Positions 32,029 through 41,950 of a stretch of DNA of 64,000 bases are shown in pieces. The stretch is from contig CP000071.1 of assembly GCA_000002445.1 (NCBI GenBank), positions 1,536,001 through 1,600,000 on the forward strand. The letters run 5' to 3'. Both the position numbers and the translations under genes were made by a program. Origin of the DNA: Trypanosoma brucei (Eukaryota). The notes beneath the pieces were generated by a model that was given only the letters and a program-made list of their open reading frames with translations, did not search any database and was not told where the DNA came from. The number at the start of each line of letters is the position of its first letter. Position 1 is the stretch's first letter.

Positions 32029-33225
32029 CAGGAGCTAAGTAGTGTTGCGCATGTGTGACACTTGCAAAGGTGATAGTAAAGGTCGCTGTTGGTGCTTTAA
32101 AAGAAGTTAAAGGGTAAAAAGTGCTCCGTAGCGCACGTACGGATACGATGGTGTTTACGGATTAAATGTAATGTGTGTAGATCTGGGTGTGTGTTTGGTT
32201 TGCCAACTGTAATGTGTTCCAAATTGACGGCGAATTAGTCGGCTACCTGCTTTTGCTACGAATGTGTTCGCATTGCTCTTCTCTTCATTTTTCTAGTGGA
32301 ATGCTTTCGTTCCTTTACGTTTTTGATTTTTACTTTTTTTCTTTTCTTGGACACGCACACGTCCTCCCGTTTCTCTCTCTTTGGTTTAGTTTCCTCTGTT
32401 TATATGCTTTACTTCAGCCTTCACCGGTGTTTACTGATGTTTCATTTCGACCTCTTCGAGGCGAGGGGTTAGAATGGCTGGGGGAATATGTGACGTTCGT
32501 TTGTTCATATAAATAAAAACATGCGTCCGTATGCGTGTTTATGTCGTTGAATACTATTGTGGGTGGCGGTAAAGGTTTCGCATAAAGGGAGATGGGCAGG
32601 TGAGGGGTGGATGTTTAATGTGAGTGTTGTCGGCTGATGGGAAGACTGAAAAGTGAAGAAAAATAGAATGAATGAACTAAACCAAAGACGCAATCTTTTC
32701 TGCCTTCACATTTGTGAAGAGTGTAGTGGTTGGCTGTGTACAGTCATGTGGCCGGTGTTGAATTTGCACCAACCAATGGAACGAAAGGGGAAAAAAGGCA
32801 TTACCATCGGCCGCCGCCCCCGGTTCGTAATCCGTTGCAGTAATGAAGGAGGGGGATAAGAGAGGCCGCTATTGTTGCTTTTTGATGTTGCTGTTAACTC
32901 AATTAGCTCTTCGCTCAAGCGTTACTTGTTTGTCTGCTTGCTCCTTTCTTGTTTTGTCCATCACTGATGTTTGGTGTACAAACATTTGGTTTAGTTAAGC
33001 TTAGGGGAGGCAACCACTGGGCAGGTAGCTCAAAGGAATAAATAAGTGGGACAAGGGTGAATAAGGTCCACGTAACGAGGGAAACAAGGAAGGAGTGGTA
33101 AGGTTTAAACTCGAATTGAACGGGTATCCATACAAAAAAAATACGGAAAAGGGGAAAATTTGACGCACTAACCGTAGCTTTAGTGGGGAAGAAGAGGGAG
33201 GAAAGGCGAGAGAAGAAAAAGAAAA

Positions 33226-34821
33226 ATGACCGTTATTGTTGCTGGGATAGTCAACAAACAGGGGGGCATTGTCCTCTCGCGGCACTTCAACGACATCACT
33301 CGCGTTCGTGTTGAGGGCCTTCTTTCCGCCTTCCCTCGGTTGATGGAGGCATCGACTAACAAGCAAGTGACGTACGTCGACGCGGGTGCAGTCCGTTACG
33401 TCTACCAGCCACTGGATGATTTATTTCTTGTGCTTATAACCACGCGCAGCAGCAACATTGTGGAGGACCTCGACACGCTGCATCTCATGGGTCGCCTTAT
33501 TACGGAGCACGTCGGAACAGTGAGCGAGGTGTTTTTGCAGGAGAAGGCTTTCAAGGTGTTCTTTGCTTTGGACGAAGTGATCGTTGGAGGCCGGCGTGAA
33601 AACACAACCACGGAGCAGATACAAACCTACCTGGAGATGCAGTCACACGAAGAAATGATGGTCCGAGAAGAGAAGCGGTTGCAAATGGAACGTGCGAAGA
33701 AGGACGCATCGCGTAAAGCGCACGAACTACGCGACAAACGTCAACGCGGACTGAACCCGTACACCGGTATCGGCTCAGACAGCGTAGGTTATGGCAGTGG
33801 GGGAGCAGCAGTGAGTGTAAGCCGACCCGCGGCTGAGGCAAGCAGTCGGATAGATACTATGGATGAATTGGGTCCCACTCGAATAGCTGGGATGGCGAGC
33901 GGAAGTGCTGACTCTTTGTCCGGCCGAAAGGTTGGCCGCGGCGGTGGTTTGGCGCTTGGAGTTGCGAGAAAAGCCGATATCACTTCACGTGTGCTGCAAG
34001 AAGCCGGATTACCGGTGGGTGCGGTTGCAACCAAGCTGCCGGTAGGGGATGCAGGGGCTGCAGCAAAGGCACCGGAGTTTGATGGCCCAATCGAGGGTAT
34101 TCACGTTGTCGTGGAGGAGAAAATTAGTGCTACCCTCGATCGTGATGGCGCAAGCGGTCCCGTCGATGTGCGCGGCGAGCTTTCCGTACTTGTCAACGAC
34201 CCGCACCTGGCAAACGTGAAGTTGATGCTTTCTCCAACAAGCGACGAGTTCTCATTCCGTGCTCACGCTAAGGTGCACAAGGAAATATTCGCAGAAGACC
34301 GTGTCTTAGCGATGCGGGAAAACAAACCGTTCCCTGTCCACCAGCCCGTCACAATCTTACGCTGGCGACTCAACAACTCTTCCGGTGTTCAGCCCCCTCT
34401 TACGTTTTCTTGCTGGCCCAACGCTGGGAGCATTACAGTTGAGTATGAAATATCCAATGCGGATTTGGTTGAACAGGGATTATGCGACGTGCGCGTGACG
34501 CTTCCTCTACGTGGTGCGGTCGCTGCTACGGTGGAGTCGACGACTGGTTCGTGTAGCACTCAGGAGGACTGTGTGGTGTGGCAGATCCCCCAAGTGAGCA
34601 ACCATGTGAATGCAAGCGGAAACTGTGAGGTGGTACTCGCCGATCCCGATTGCGCTGCATCCGGCGCCGACGAAGTGTTTTTTCCGGTTGATGTTACCTT
34701 CAAAACGCGAGCAACCGCTGCACACGTGCGTGTGCTGGAGGTCGTGCAGACGGAGAACGGAGTACCGGTGAAATTCACTCAAGAGACGCAACTCACTGCG
34801 GAAGGATACAACGTACAGTAA
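33226..34821 (+). CDS. Coatomer (COPI) delta subunit, 531 aa.
   Basis: The ATG was checked. The N-terminal longin-like domain 'MTVIVAGIVNKQGGIVLSRHFNDITRVRVEGLLSAFPRLM' matches human ARCN1 '[40 protein letters not shown]'. 'FLQEKAFKVFFALDEVIVGGRRENTTTEQIQTYLEMQSHEE' is the conserved delta-COP linker. The C-terminal ~250 aa are beta-rich, consistent with a mu-homology domain. Confidence 0.85.
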   Translation: MTVIVAGIVNKQGGIVLSRHFNDITRVRVEGLLSAFPRLMEASTNKQVTYVDAGAVRYVYQPLDDLFLVLITTRSSNIVEDLDTLHLMGRLITEHVGTVSEVFLQEKAFKVFFALDEVIVGGRRENTTTEQIQTYLEMQSHEEMMVREEKRLQMERAKKDASRKAHELRDKRQRGLNPYTGIGSDSVGYGSGGAAVSVSRPAAEASSRIDTMDELGPTRIAGMASGSADSLSGRKVGRGGGLALGVARKADITSRVLQEAGLPVGAVATKLPVGDAGAAAKAPEFDGPIEGIHVVVEEKISATLDRDGASGPVDVRGELSVLVNDPHLANVKLMLSPTSDEFSFRAHAKVHKEIFAEDRVLAMRENKPFPVHQPVTILRWRLNNSSGVQPPLTFSCWPNAGSITVEYEISNADLVEQGLCDVRVTLPLRGAVAATVESTTGSCSTQEDCVVWQIPQVSNHVNASGNCEVVLADPDCAASGADEVFFPVDVTFKTRATAAHVRVLEVVQTENGVPVKFTQETQLTAEGYNVQ

Positions 34822-35430
34822 CGCATTGCACGTCACTATGGATGCGCCTGTGCTGTGCATTTTAGAGAGTAGGAGTCATGGGCTGCAAGGATGGTGGGAG
34901 CGACAGGGGAGACACTGCGAATGGAAGTGTATAATGCTGATGCTTTCCTTGCAGATAGGAAAGAGAGGAAAAATATATACATATATATACTTGTAAGGAA
35001 ACCCGAGGGGTTTGAGGTTCTGTCTCGAGTGAGTGAGACCTGCGGGAAGCGTTGTTTTTAGAATATTGTAAGCGGGAAGGAGACAACTTTTCTCTCCTTA
35101 CTTTCCCTCTTTTTTTTCTCGGGGGGGGGGCTCTTCAGCTTTGTCAACTCTTCCCCATACTTGCTTTCTTTCACCACCTGGAGTAAAACCCTTATTTGTG
35201 TGTGTGTGTGTGTCCTGCTACCTCTATCATTCCTATGCATGGGTGAAAGGTTTCAACGCAGAGGTACTCTCTATTTTTATTGAAGTAAGCGGCGGTTTTG
35301 TTTCGTTGTTGTCACTCTAGTGAATACCTTGGGGTACCTTTCTCTTCTCCCGTGCTGTCCCAGTTATGTGCACCCTTGACGAAACTGCGTTTAAATATGC
35401 AACTTCCACACTACCGGTATTCCAAATATT

Positions 35431-35500
35431 CGTGTTATATATTTTATTTCTATTCCCTTCATCTTTTTTTTTCGTCTCTTTTCTCTACCCTTTTCATTTG
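35431..35500 (+). promoter_or_regulatory. Polypyrimidine tract followed by an AG dinucleotide: a probable trans-splicing (SL-addition) and upstream polyadenylation signal for the L39 gene.
   Basis: 'attttatttctattcccttcatcttttttttttcgtctcttttctctacccttttcatttg' lies about 170 nt upstream of the RPL39 ATG. Equivalent T/C-rich tracts precede most CDSs here, for example 47521–47650, 5440–5700 and 13320–13400. Confidence 0.4.
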
Positions 35501-35667
35501 CAACAATGTGTTGACGCTTATTGGTTCACGTGTCCATACTGTGTGGGAAAGAAGGGTTAAGTGCTCGACTACAGGTCCACATATTGACGTTTGTACGCCA
35601 GTATTCAAAGCCATCAAGCACAGCTTACGCGAAACACAGACACAAGAACCAACCAACAGCAAACAAA

Positions 35668-35823
35668 ATGGGACGTTTCAAGCCACTCGCTATTAAGAAG
35701 AAGTACGCCAAGAAGCTGAAGCAGAACAGGCCAGTGCCGTATTGGATCCGTCTGCGTACCGGCAACCGCATCAAGTGGAATGAGAAGCGCCGCCACTGGC
35801 GCCGCACGAAGCTCCATTATTAA
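35668..35823 (+). CDS. RPL39: 60S ribosomal protein L39 (51 aa).
   Basis: '[51 protein letters not shown]' is near-identical in pattern to eukaryotic L39e (...[34 protein letters not shown]). The ATG at 35668 was checked. The track ORF 35521–35823 starts at an upstream non-native M. Confidence 0.9.
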   Translation: MGRFKPLAIKKKYAKKLKQNRPVPYWIRLRTGNRIKWNEKRRHWRRTKLHY

Positions 35824-36271
35824 GTTGGGGTAATGTTAAGCTGTGGGCCAATCCATGAGGTGCGATTCGCGAAGTTTCCAGAGTGCGGAGGAACAGATAA
35901 GATCCAAAAGAAAGTACTCGACGAACTTGTGCGTTCATATACATGGAAAAGTCTCATGCACGCGTTGGACTACCCTTCATGTGTTTTTTCTCTTTTTTAA
36001 TTATTTAATTTTTTATTGTCAGAAGATCGATTGTATGACCGTTGCCTCCATCATTAATTAATCTGACAAAAAGTAAAAATATATATATAAGCCATAAAAA
36101 AAATGCAGTGGAGAGAGGCGCCGACCGCAGCGCGTAACCTCTCTACTTTTCTCTGTCTTGTTTGCGGTCTCGTGAAGGTTTACTCACTGTTGCCGATGAC
36201 ATTTTTCTTTCATGTTGGACATCCTTCCCACTGGAAGGAAAGGACAAGATAAGTGATTACAGAAAATTAAT

Positions 36272-37111
36272 ATGGACGCCACCAATTCGTGCAGGGCGCC
36301 AGTCCCCCCTTCACACGGACTGCAGCACCGCCTTGAGCAGATGCTTCAGAAGCAGGTCGCCACAGAGGAGCGCATTGCACGACAGGGTGAGTTGATACAG
36401 CGCATAACGTACGGTTTCACCGTGTTGCGTGAGTATGCCACGCGCGCGATCACCCACATGAATCTTTCGCTGCATGATTTATTGCTTGTGGAGACATATA
36501 TTGAAATAGAACCGGAAGAGCAACAAACAAAGGCAGTAGTCACAGATGCAAGCAGTGCCGATGGGTCGATGTGCTTCATCTCATGCGAATCCTCTACCCA
36601 ATCACTGGTTGAAGAGGCGAAAGAAGTATACGCTGCGTTTGTACGTAAGCGCGTGTTGGATGAGACCTGCCCCGAGCCGGACGCGGCCACGCAGTTCCAT
36701 TCGCTCACTGCAGCATCCTTTTATCTTCTTTTCCCTCATCTTACCGTTATGCTGGAGGAATTTGTCGGCGCCTTCGCCAGCGCCACTTCCCCGAAAAGCT
36801 CCACCGCAAGTGGGACTGCAATGACGCCGGATTGGTGGGCTTCGCTGGGCCGCGTGATCCGTTTCATTGAGCTTGGCGTAAAGCACTTTCCCGAGGTGTT
36901 TGCGGGGAATGAACTTTTATCCCGCCTGCAGGTTTCCATCTCCGCGGTTGTGGAAAAAAATATTGGGCACGGTGAACAGAGCGGCATTGGTGCCGCTTTG
37001 TGCCTTTCTCAACGGGTTACCGCACTACATGAGAAGATGCAGCACTTGAACGTGAGTGACACCGGAAGCGACCACAGCGACGGCTGTTGTAGTTTTTCAC
37101 ATGATTTATGA
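36272..37111 (+). CDS. Hypothetical protein (279 aa).
   Basis: An ATG-initiated ORF (checked) in the same orientation as the unit, flanked by pyrimidine-rich spacers. No recognised domain. Confidence 0.45.
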   Translation: MDATNSCRAPVPPSHGLQHRLEQMLQKQVATEERIARQGELIQRITYGFTVLREYATRAITHMNLSLHDLLLVETYIEIEPEEQQTKAVVTDASSADGSMCFISCESSTQSLVEEAKEVYAAFVRKRVLDETCPEPDAATQFHSLTAASFYLLFPHLTVMLEEFVGAFASATSPKSSTASGTAMTPDWWASLGRVIRFIELGVKHFPEVFAGNELLSRLQVSISAVVEKNIGHGEQSGIGAALCLSQRVTALHEKMQHLNVSDTGSDHSDGCCSFSHDL

Positions 37112-37770
37112 ACGGTGCTTAAACGCGTGCAAATCCCTCCTCCCTTCTGCATACCCACACACAAATGTCCTTTTTATTATTTTTACTGGCATGCTTATTT
37201 ATGTGATAGTCATCACTATTTTTTTTTTATTGCTGCAGTGGTTTCGTTGATTGCAGATCAAGCAAATAGTTCTTTGCTCCTATTGGTGACCGGTCGAATG
37301 CGTGTCTCCATTGTGAAGGAAAAAAGGAGAGAGGGTAGCTAGTCAAAATCAGAGTCTGCCAGAGAAGTTTAGTTTAATATATTACACCTTATAATATACC
37401 ATTGCTTTTTCTTTCATCTTTCGGCGGTTAGTCGTCTGGACTTCTCGTCGATGCCGTGTTTTTCCCCCCTTCTTCCTTGCTGGTCGCTCGCATCAAGTAA
37501 TACTAACAGATCTCAACGAATTGTTTTGTTGATTGGCTTGAATATATATATATATATATATATATTATCCGCTTTGTTTTTGTTTTTCGGTATTTCCTTC
37601 TGTTGTTGAGGATGTGACATGCGGTGTGAGCGGTTGCGATTACGGTGAACGAATTGCTTCATCTTTTCTTCTGCCTCTCTTGTTTCTTTTCTTTTTTTCT
37701 TTACATTTTTGGTATCAACGCATTTGAGTGGAGTGTGTTCACTGCCACGCCTTCAGTTGCGGTGGGAAAG

Positions 37771-38544
37771 ATGTTACGGTGCGCACGCGTGGCGCTGCGA
37801 GCTGACCCACTGAATGGCGGCAGTTCCATGACGTTGGGCTCGAAAGGAAGTAAACTATCGCCTGAACCCCATAGGAGACGTATGCCATGGACTGCAGCGA
37901 AGGAATACGTACCGGGTGTTGTTCTCAATGCACGGGATAAGATGGTGCTTGATGGCGTACAACTCCTTGATATTGAAAGTATTGACCGAGCCTCGCAATT
38001 AGATCCGCTGGAAGTGCTTCGCGCCGTCGTAGCCACACGTGAGTACAACATCTCCACGGGGAAGAATATTTTCCAACTAGCTTCGCAGGCGACTTACAAT
38101 GGGCGCGGCCAGCGGTTTTATCGAAAGGAGTGGCAGGAAGGCACATACGACAAGTACGTAACTCTTTCAGCCATAGACTTTGACCGTGACGGGAATAAAG
38201 GGACAGCATATGGTTACATAACGTTCCATGGTGAAACAACAACGCGACCGGTACAAGTTGATTTCGCGGATGTACCCGGGTGGTACATGGATTTCGTGGA
38301 AGAGCGGGCAGTTCCCTTCACTGGCATTGTCCCGCCACCACCGAGTATTGGAACGGATGTGCCCGTTGATCCACATAGTTATCGTCTCAAGGCGTATCCT
38401 TACTATGACGCACCGAACCCGCCCGAATTCGTGGAGCGACTGCTGAAGGATCGTGGTGTATTGCCCGACACCCCAACTGAAACGGCTGATGTTGATAAAG
38501 ATCCCACCACTAGCGATGGGTCGGTGCATTATGATGGAAAGTAG
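37771..38544 (+). CDS. Hypothetical protein of about 257 aa with a presequence-like N-terminus (probable organellar protein).
   Basis: The track ORF starts at 37645, but that upstream part translates a hydrophobic, low-complexity T-rich tract. The internal ATG at 37771 gives 'MLRCARVALRADPLNGG...', a typical mitochondrial-import-like start. The downstream sequence is of ordinary complexity. Confidence 0.5.
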   Translation: MLRCARVALRADPLNGGSSMTLGSKGSKLSPEPHRRRMPWTAAKEYVPGVVLNARDKMVLDGVQLLDIESIDRASQLDPLEVLRAVVATREYNISTGKNIFQLASQATYNGRGQRFYRKEWQEGTYDKYVTLSAIDFDRDGNKGTAYGYITFHGETTTRPVQVDFADVPGWYMDFVEERAVPFTGIVPPPPSIGTDVPVDPHSYRLKAYPYYDAPNPPEFVERLLKDRGVLPDTPTETADVDKDPTTSDGSVHYDGK

Positions 38545-39346
38545 TTATTCGGATCTAAGTGTGCTCCCCTTCTTCCCAGCATTTCCTCATCGGCTTTTCA
38601 CACTTCACTGCTATCATCATTTACTCATTGGATGGGTTTACTCACGTAATGGTGGATACCTCTCGATGTTTTTTTTTTCCTGGTTATGAAGTGTACGCTG
38701 CTGCGAGTGGTATCCTCGGTGTCCGCTTTGTGTCTTCTGCGGACCCTCCTTTTGTTTGTTTGCATGCAGAATATAGTGTGGGCGGCAACCGTTTCGTTTA
38801 GTCGAAAGGAAGCGGAGTGCTGGGGCAGAAGCGGTCGTGTACTGTGGTATATGATGAAACATGTTTACTTAACGAGTTTTCTTGACTGTAAGTTAACCAA
38901 CAGGAGACGCAACTCGTGGGGAAAAGAGAGAAGGAAATCCTTAAAAGATGGCGCCGTCGACGGGGAGGTAAGTTGGCGGAGGGTCTAACCGTGGAAGCAG
39001 AGTTTGCTTTGGGGTAAACGGTGAAGGAATGTTAACAAAGTCGGGTGGGCGTTTGCTTCAGGCGTTTGATCGATGAGGTCCTTTTGTTTGCTTTCTGTTG
39101 ACTGATCTTTGTTGCGTTACCTGTATTTCTGTTGTGTAGGCGTGACACTATATTTCACTATTAGAGCGTTTTCCAGAAAGCACGGCAAAATCTTTCTGGT
39201 CCATAACTGTCCGATATATTTGGCTGGTTATTCCTTTATGCTATCCTTCTCCCTTCCCTCCTTAAATTAGGTTAGTTATAGTGCGACTTGTTCAGGTCGG
39301 TTTTGCTTGACTGTATTGCCACTGGAAGTGGCAAAAAGAAAAAATT

Positions 39347-41200
39347 ATGTTCCTTTATCTTATCATCGATGGAGACTACCTTCTCTCCGGAATGGAGCCC
39401 ACGTCGGAGGCCGCCGTGTACGAGGTTGTGGAAAAGATAAACGATGTCATCCGCACTCGCTTTTTGCTCGACGCCGATTCCTGTGGGATGTCGTCAACTG
39501 AAAAACGTGTGATTTTCTTCTCTTCAACCATCATGAAGGTGCTGCAGCGGAGACAGCAGCGTGACTTGCTCATAGGTACACTTCGTCGGCTCCGCTTTCA
39601 AACACTTGTACTGGATTGCATCGCCAGTCGTACTGGTTCACCGGTCGACGCCGCGATGTGCACGAAAACAATGGCATTTTTTTCGAATATTGCAGGAACC
39701 ACTAGTTTGGGTTCCGCATTGTCTGCATCCTCAGCAAATACAACATATGTGTACATGACAGCCAATGCGCACATTGCACCAGCGCTGGAGTGGGTTCACA
39801 ATGCAGGTTGTGGCGTCTGCTTCATTGTATATGAGGGTGACTCTGTGGCTGACGAACTAATGGCCTATGCAGGCCCAATTCACGGTAACAGTGGTGGCAT
39901 AGGAAAGGTTGTAAAGGGAAATGGTGTTCACTTTGTCACCAGCACCGAAGCGGCACGCGCTGCACTGGCGCTCTTAGAACAGGAGGCAAAGGAGCTTCCC
40001 CTTGTAGTGCAGTTGCAACTTCGCAAACTGCAAAAGCAGATGGCGGGGGAGGATGACGGCGACATCGGTGAGCAAGGTAGCGCCCACTGCGGGAAAAGCT
40101 GCTTCACCGAAGCACGTGAAAACAGCAGTAGCACCCCTGCTCATATAATGCCACCTCCAATCGAGGGTATTGAGAGCCCGTTTGTGGGGGCCGAAAAGGG
40201 TGGAAGCAGAAGGGAGAGTGGTGGCGAAAGCGAAAAAACTTCTCGTGTGGAAGCCTCTTGTCAGGTAGCAACCAAGGAGCGCGCTGAAATGAAGGCATCT
40301 TTCCCTGCCAGCGAGGTGGAAAACTCACCCAGCACCTCTACGCTCGTACGAGAAACTTCGGTGCCCGCGGTGCCGTCCCAAGCTGCTGCTCCAACTGAGG
40401 TGGATACCCTCGAATTTCCTGAACCTGCCGTATCTACACGCCTTCCGGCCGGTTGGGCACTGATGTATGACCGGCAGCGCCGGCGGCATTATTTTGTTCA
40501 AACGCAGAGTAATGGTAAGGTCACGACAACGTGGACGCACCCGGGAGGTATCGCCGAGCAGATGGACTTGGAACGGCAGGTGGATGAGTGGTACGCGAAG
40601 CAGCAGTTGCGTAAGCTTCAGGGCAGAGATATCCCCCTGCCCGTGACGGACGTTCCCACCTCCAGCATTAGTGCTGTTGCCACCGGTAATATGGGTATGC
40701 CCATGCCCGTTTCCCCGGCGCCGCCAGCAGTTTCTGTTCTGCCACCACCATGGGAAGAACATGTGGATCCCAAGAGCAGGCGTGTGTTTTACGTCAACCA
40801 TCAAACACGCGAAACAACATGGGTGCGCCCTCAATGCGTCATGTCCCAACAGCACCAACCCCTGGTACCTTCTCCAGTCACTGTGACTCCGGTTGTTCAA
40901 CCACAGGCGCCAGCAGCAGCAGCGTTGCCGCCATTCTGGGAGGAGCGTGTTGACACGAAGAGCGGACGTGTGTTCTATGTTAATCATCAAACACGCGAAA
41001 CAACTTGGTCGCGTCCACAGGTGGGTCTGCCTCAGCAGGGTCAGCCGATACCTGCTAGTCAAACTAACGTGCCAGTAGTTGCCCCTCCACTTGCAACATC
41101 GGCTCTACCACCCTTCTGGGAAGAACATGTGGATCCCAAGAGCGGGCGTGTGTTTTACGTCAATCATCAAACACGTGAGACAACTTGGACACGTCCTTGA
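39347..41200 (+). CDS. Protein with an N-terminal NYN/PIN-like (LabA-type) nuclease-fold domain, an acidic and Ser-rich linker, and four WW domains (617 aa).
   Basis: The ATG was checked. The N-terminus 'MFLYLIIDGDYLL...' and 'GSPVDAAMC...VCFIVYEGDSVADELMAYAG' resemble the NYN/LabA pattern (vfiDgeNl ... gKnaaDial ... vLvSgDsDf). Four WW domains with the W...W...P pattern follow: 'LPAGWALMYDRQRRRHYFVQTQSNGKVTTTWTHP', 'LPPPWEEHVDPKSRRVFYVNHQTRETTWVRP', 'LPPFWEERVDTKSGRVFYVNHQTRETTWSRP' and 'LPPFWEEHVDPKSGRVFYVNHQTRETTWTRP'. Confidence 0.7.
   Translation: MFLYLIIDGDYLLSGMEPTSEAAVYEVVEKINDVIRTRFLLDADSCGMSSTEKRVIFFSSTIMKVLQRRQQRDLLIGTLRRLRFQTLVLDCIASRTGSPVDAAMCTKTMAFFSNIAGTTSLGSALSASSANTTYVYMTANAHIAPALEWVHNAGCGVCFIVYEGDSVADELMAYAGPIHGNSGGIGKVVKGNGVHFVTSTEAARAALALLEQEAKELPLVVQLQLRKLQKQMAGEDDGDIGEQGSAHCGKSCFTEARENSSSTPAHIMPPPIEGIESPFVGAEKGGSRRESGGESEKTSRVEASCQVATKERAEMKASFPASEVENSPSTSTLVRETSVPAVPSQAAAPTEVDTLEFPEPAVSTRLPAGWALMYDRQRRRHYFVQTQSNGKVTTTWTHPGGIAEQMDLERQVDEWYAKQQLRKLQGRDIPLPVTDVPTSSISAVATGNMGMPMPVSPAPPAVSVLPPPWEEHVDPKSRRVFYVNHQTRETTWVRPQCVMSQQHQPLVPSPVTVTPVVQPQAPAAAALPPFWEERVDTKSGRVFYVNHQTRETTWSRPQVGLPQQGQPIPASQTNVPVVAPPLATSALPPFWEEHVDPKSGRVFYVNHQTRETTWTRP
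40739..41197 (+). repeat. In-frame tandem repeat with a period of about 180–186 nt (2.5 copies) encoding WW domains 2–4. Copies 2 and 4 are near-identical at the nucleotide level.
   Basis: 40739–40831, 40925–41017 and 41105–41197 share 'tgggaagaacatgtggatcccaagagc[a/g]ggcgtgtgttttacgtcaa[c/t]catcaaacacg[c/t]ga[a/g]acaac[a/t]tgg'. Confidence 0.85.
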
Positions 41201-41950
41201 AGAATTCGCGACAGAGTGACATATATCTGTAAAAGATGCCTGTACGATGTGAGAGCAAAATGCGTAGGAGTGGCGGCTGCGTGGCGCGCCACCACGCGCA
41301 GAGTTCGTCGTATGTCAAAACTGATTTTCTCAAACCTCGCGTGCGTTCGTTCTTTTCCGCATATGCCGATGTGAGCAAAAAGGTGGGCCTGCGGCCCCTA
41401 CAGAATTTCTTTTCAGCAGTTACTCATCTGCTGGCTTCCCTTTACTTCACGCTTCTCTCCTTCTCTTTGTTGCTACCGCTGGGGTTTTGGTTTGGCACCA
41501 AAGGTTGTGGTCGGCGGCGCTTTGGTTCGGTTTGAAGACAGGTGAATTGAGTAATAGTAACCACTCCTCCTATGATGCGGAGGGAAATGGTTGAGTGTTG
41601 CGTCACTGTTCCAGTTTCATGAACACGACCGCAGTAAGTGCAATTTTTTTTCTCCACTCTGCCCTCTTTCGCTCTATATTTTCAGCACAACATCTTGTAA
41701 TTTGAAAAGGCAAAGGCACACAATTTGTTAAGTTGATAATAAGGACGCCAGGAAACCAACGAAAAGGAGGCGACCAAAAGGGTAAAAAGGGTTTTTTTTT
41801 AAAAAAAAAGAAAACAACAAAACAGAGGGAATATACGCGCAGTGTGTAGCTTGAAACAGAGAAGGTGGTTGAAAACTCTGAATATATTTGTGTGTGTGAG
41901 GTTTCACAACGTTTTCTTTTTGAGTATCCGCTTCAGTATCTCACACCTTC

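Noticed and set aside
37645-37770. N-terminal extension of ORF 37645–38544 ('MNELLHLFFCLSCFFSFFLYIFG...')
   Set aside because: It is a translation of the T-rich polypyrimidine tract. The internal ATG at 37771 gives a presequence-like start and was preferred.
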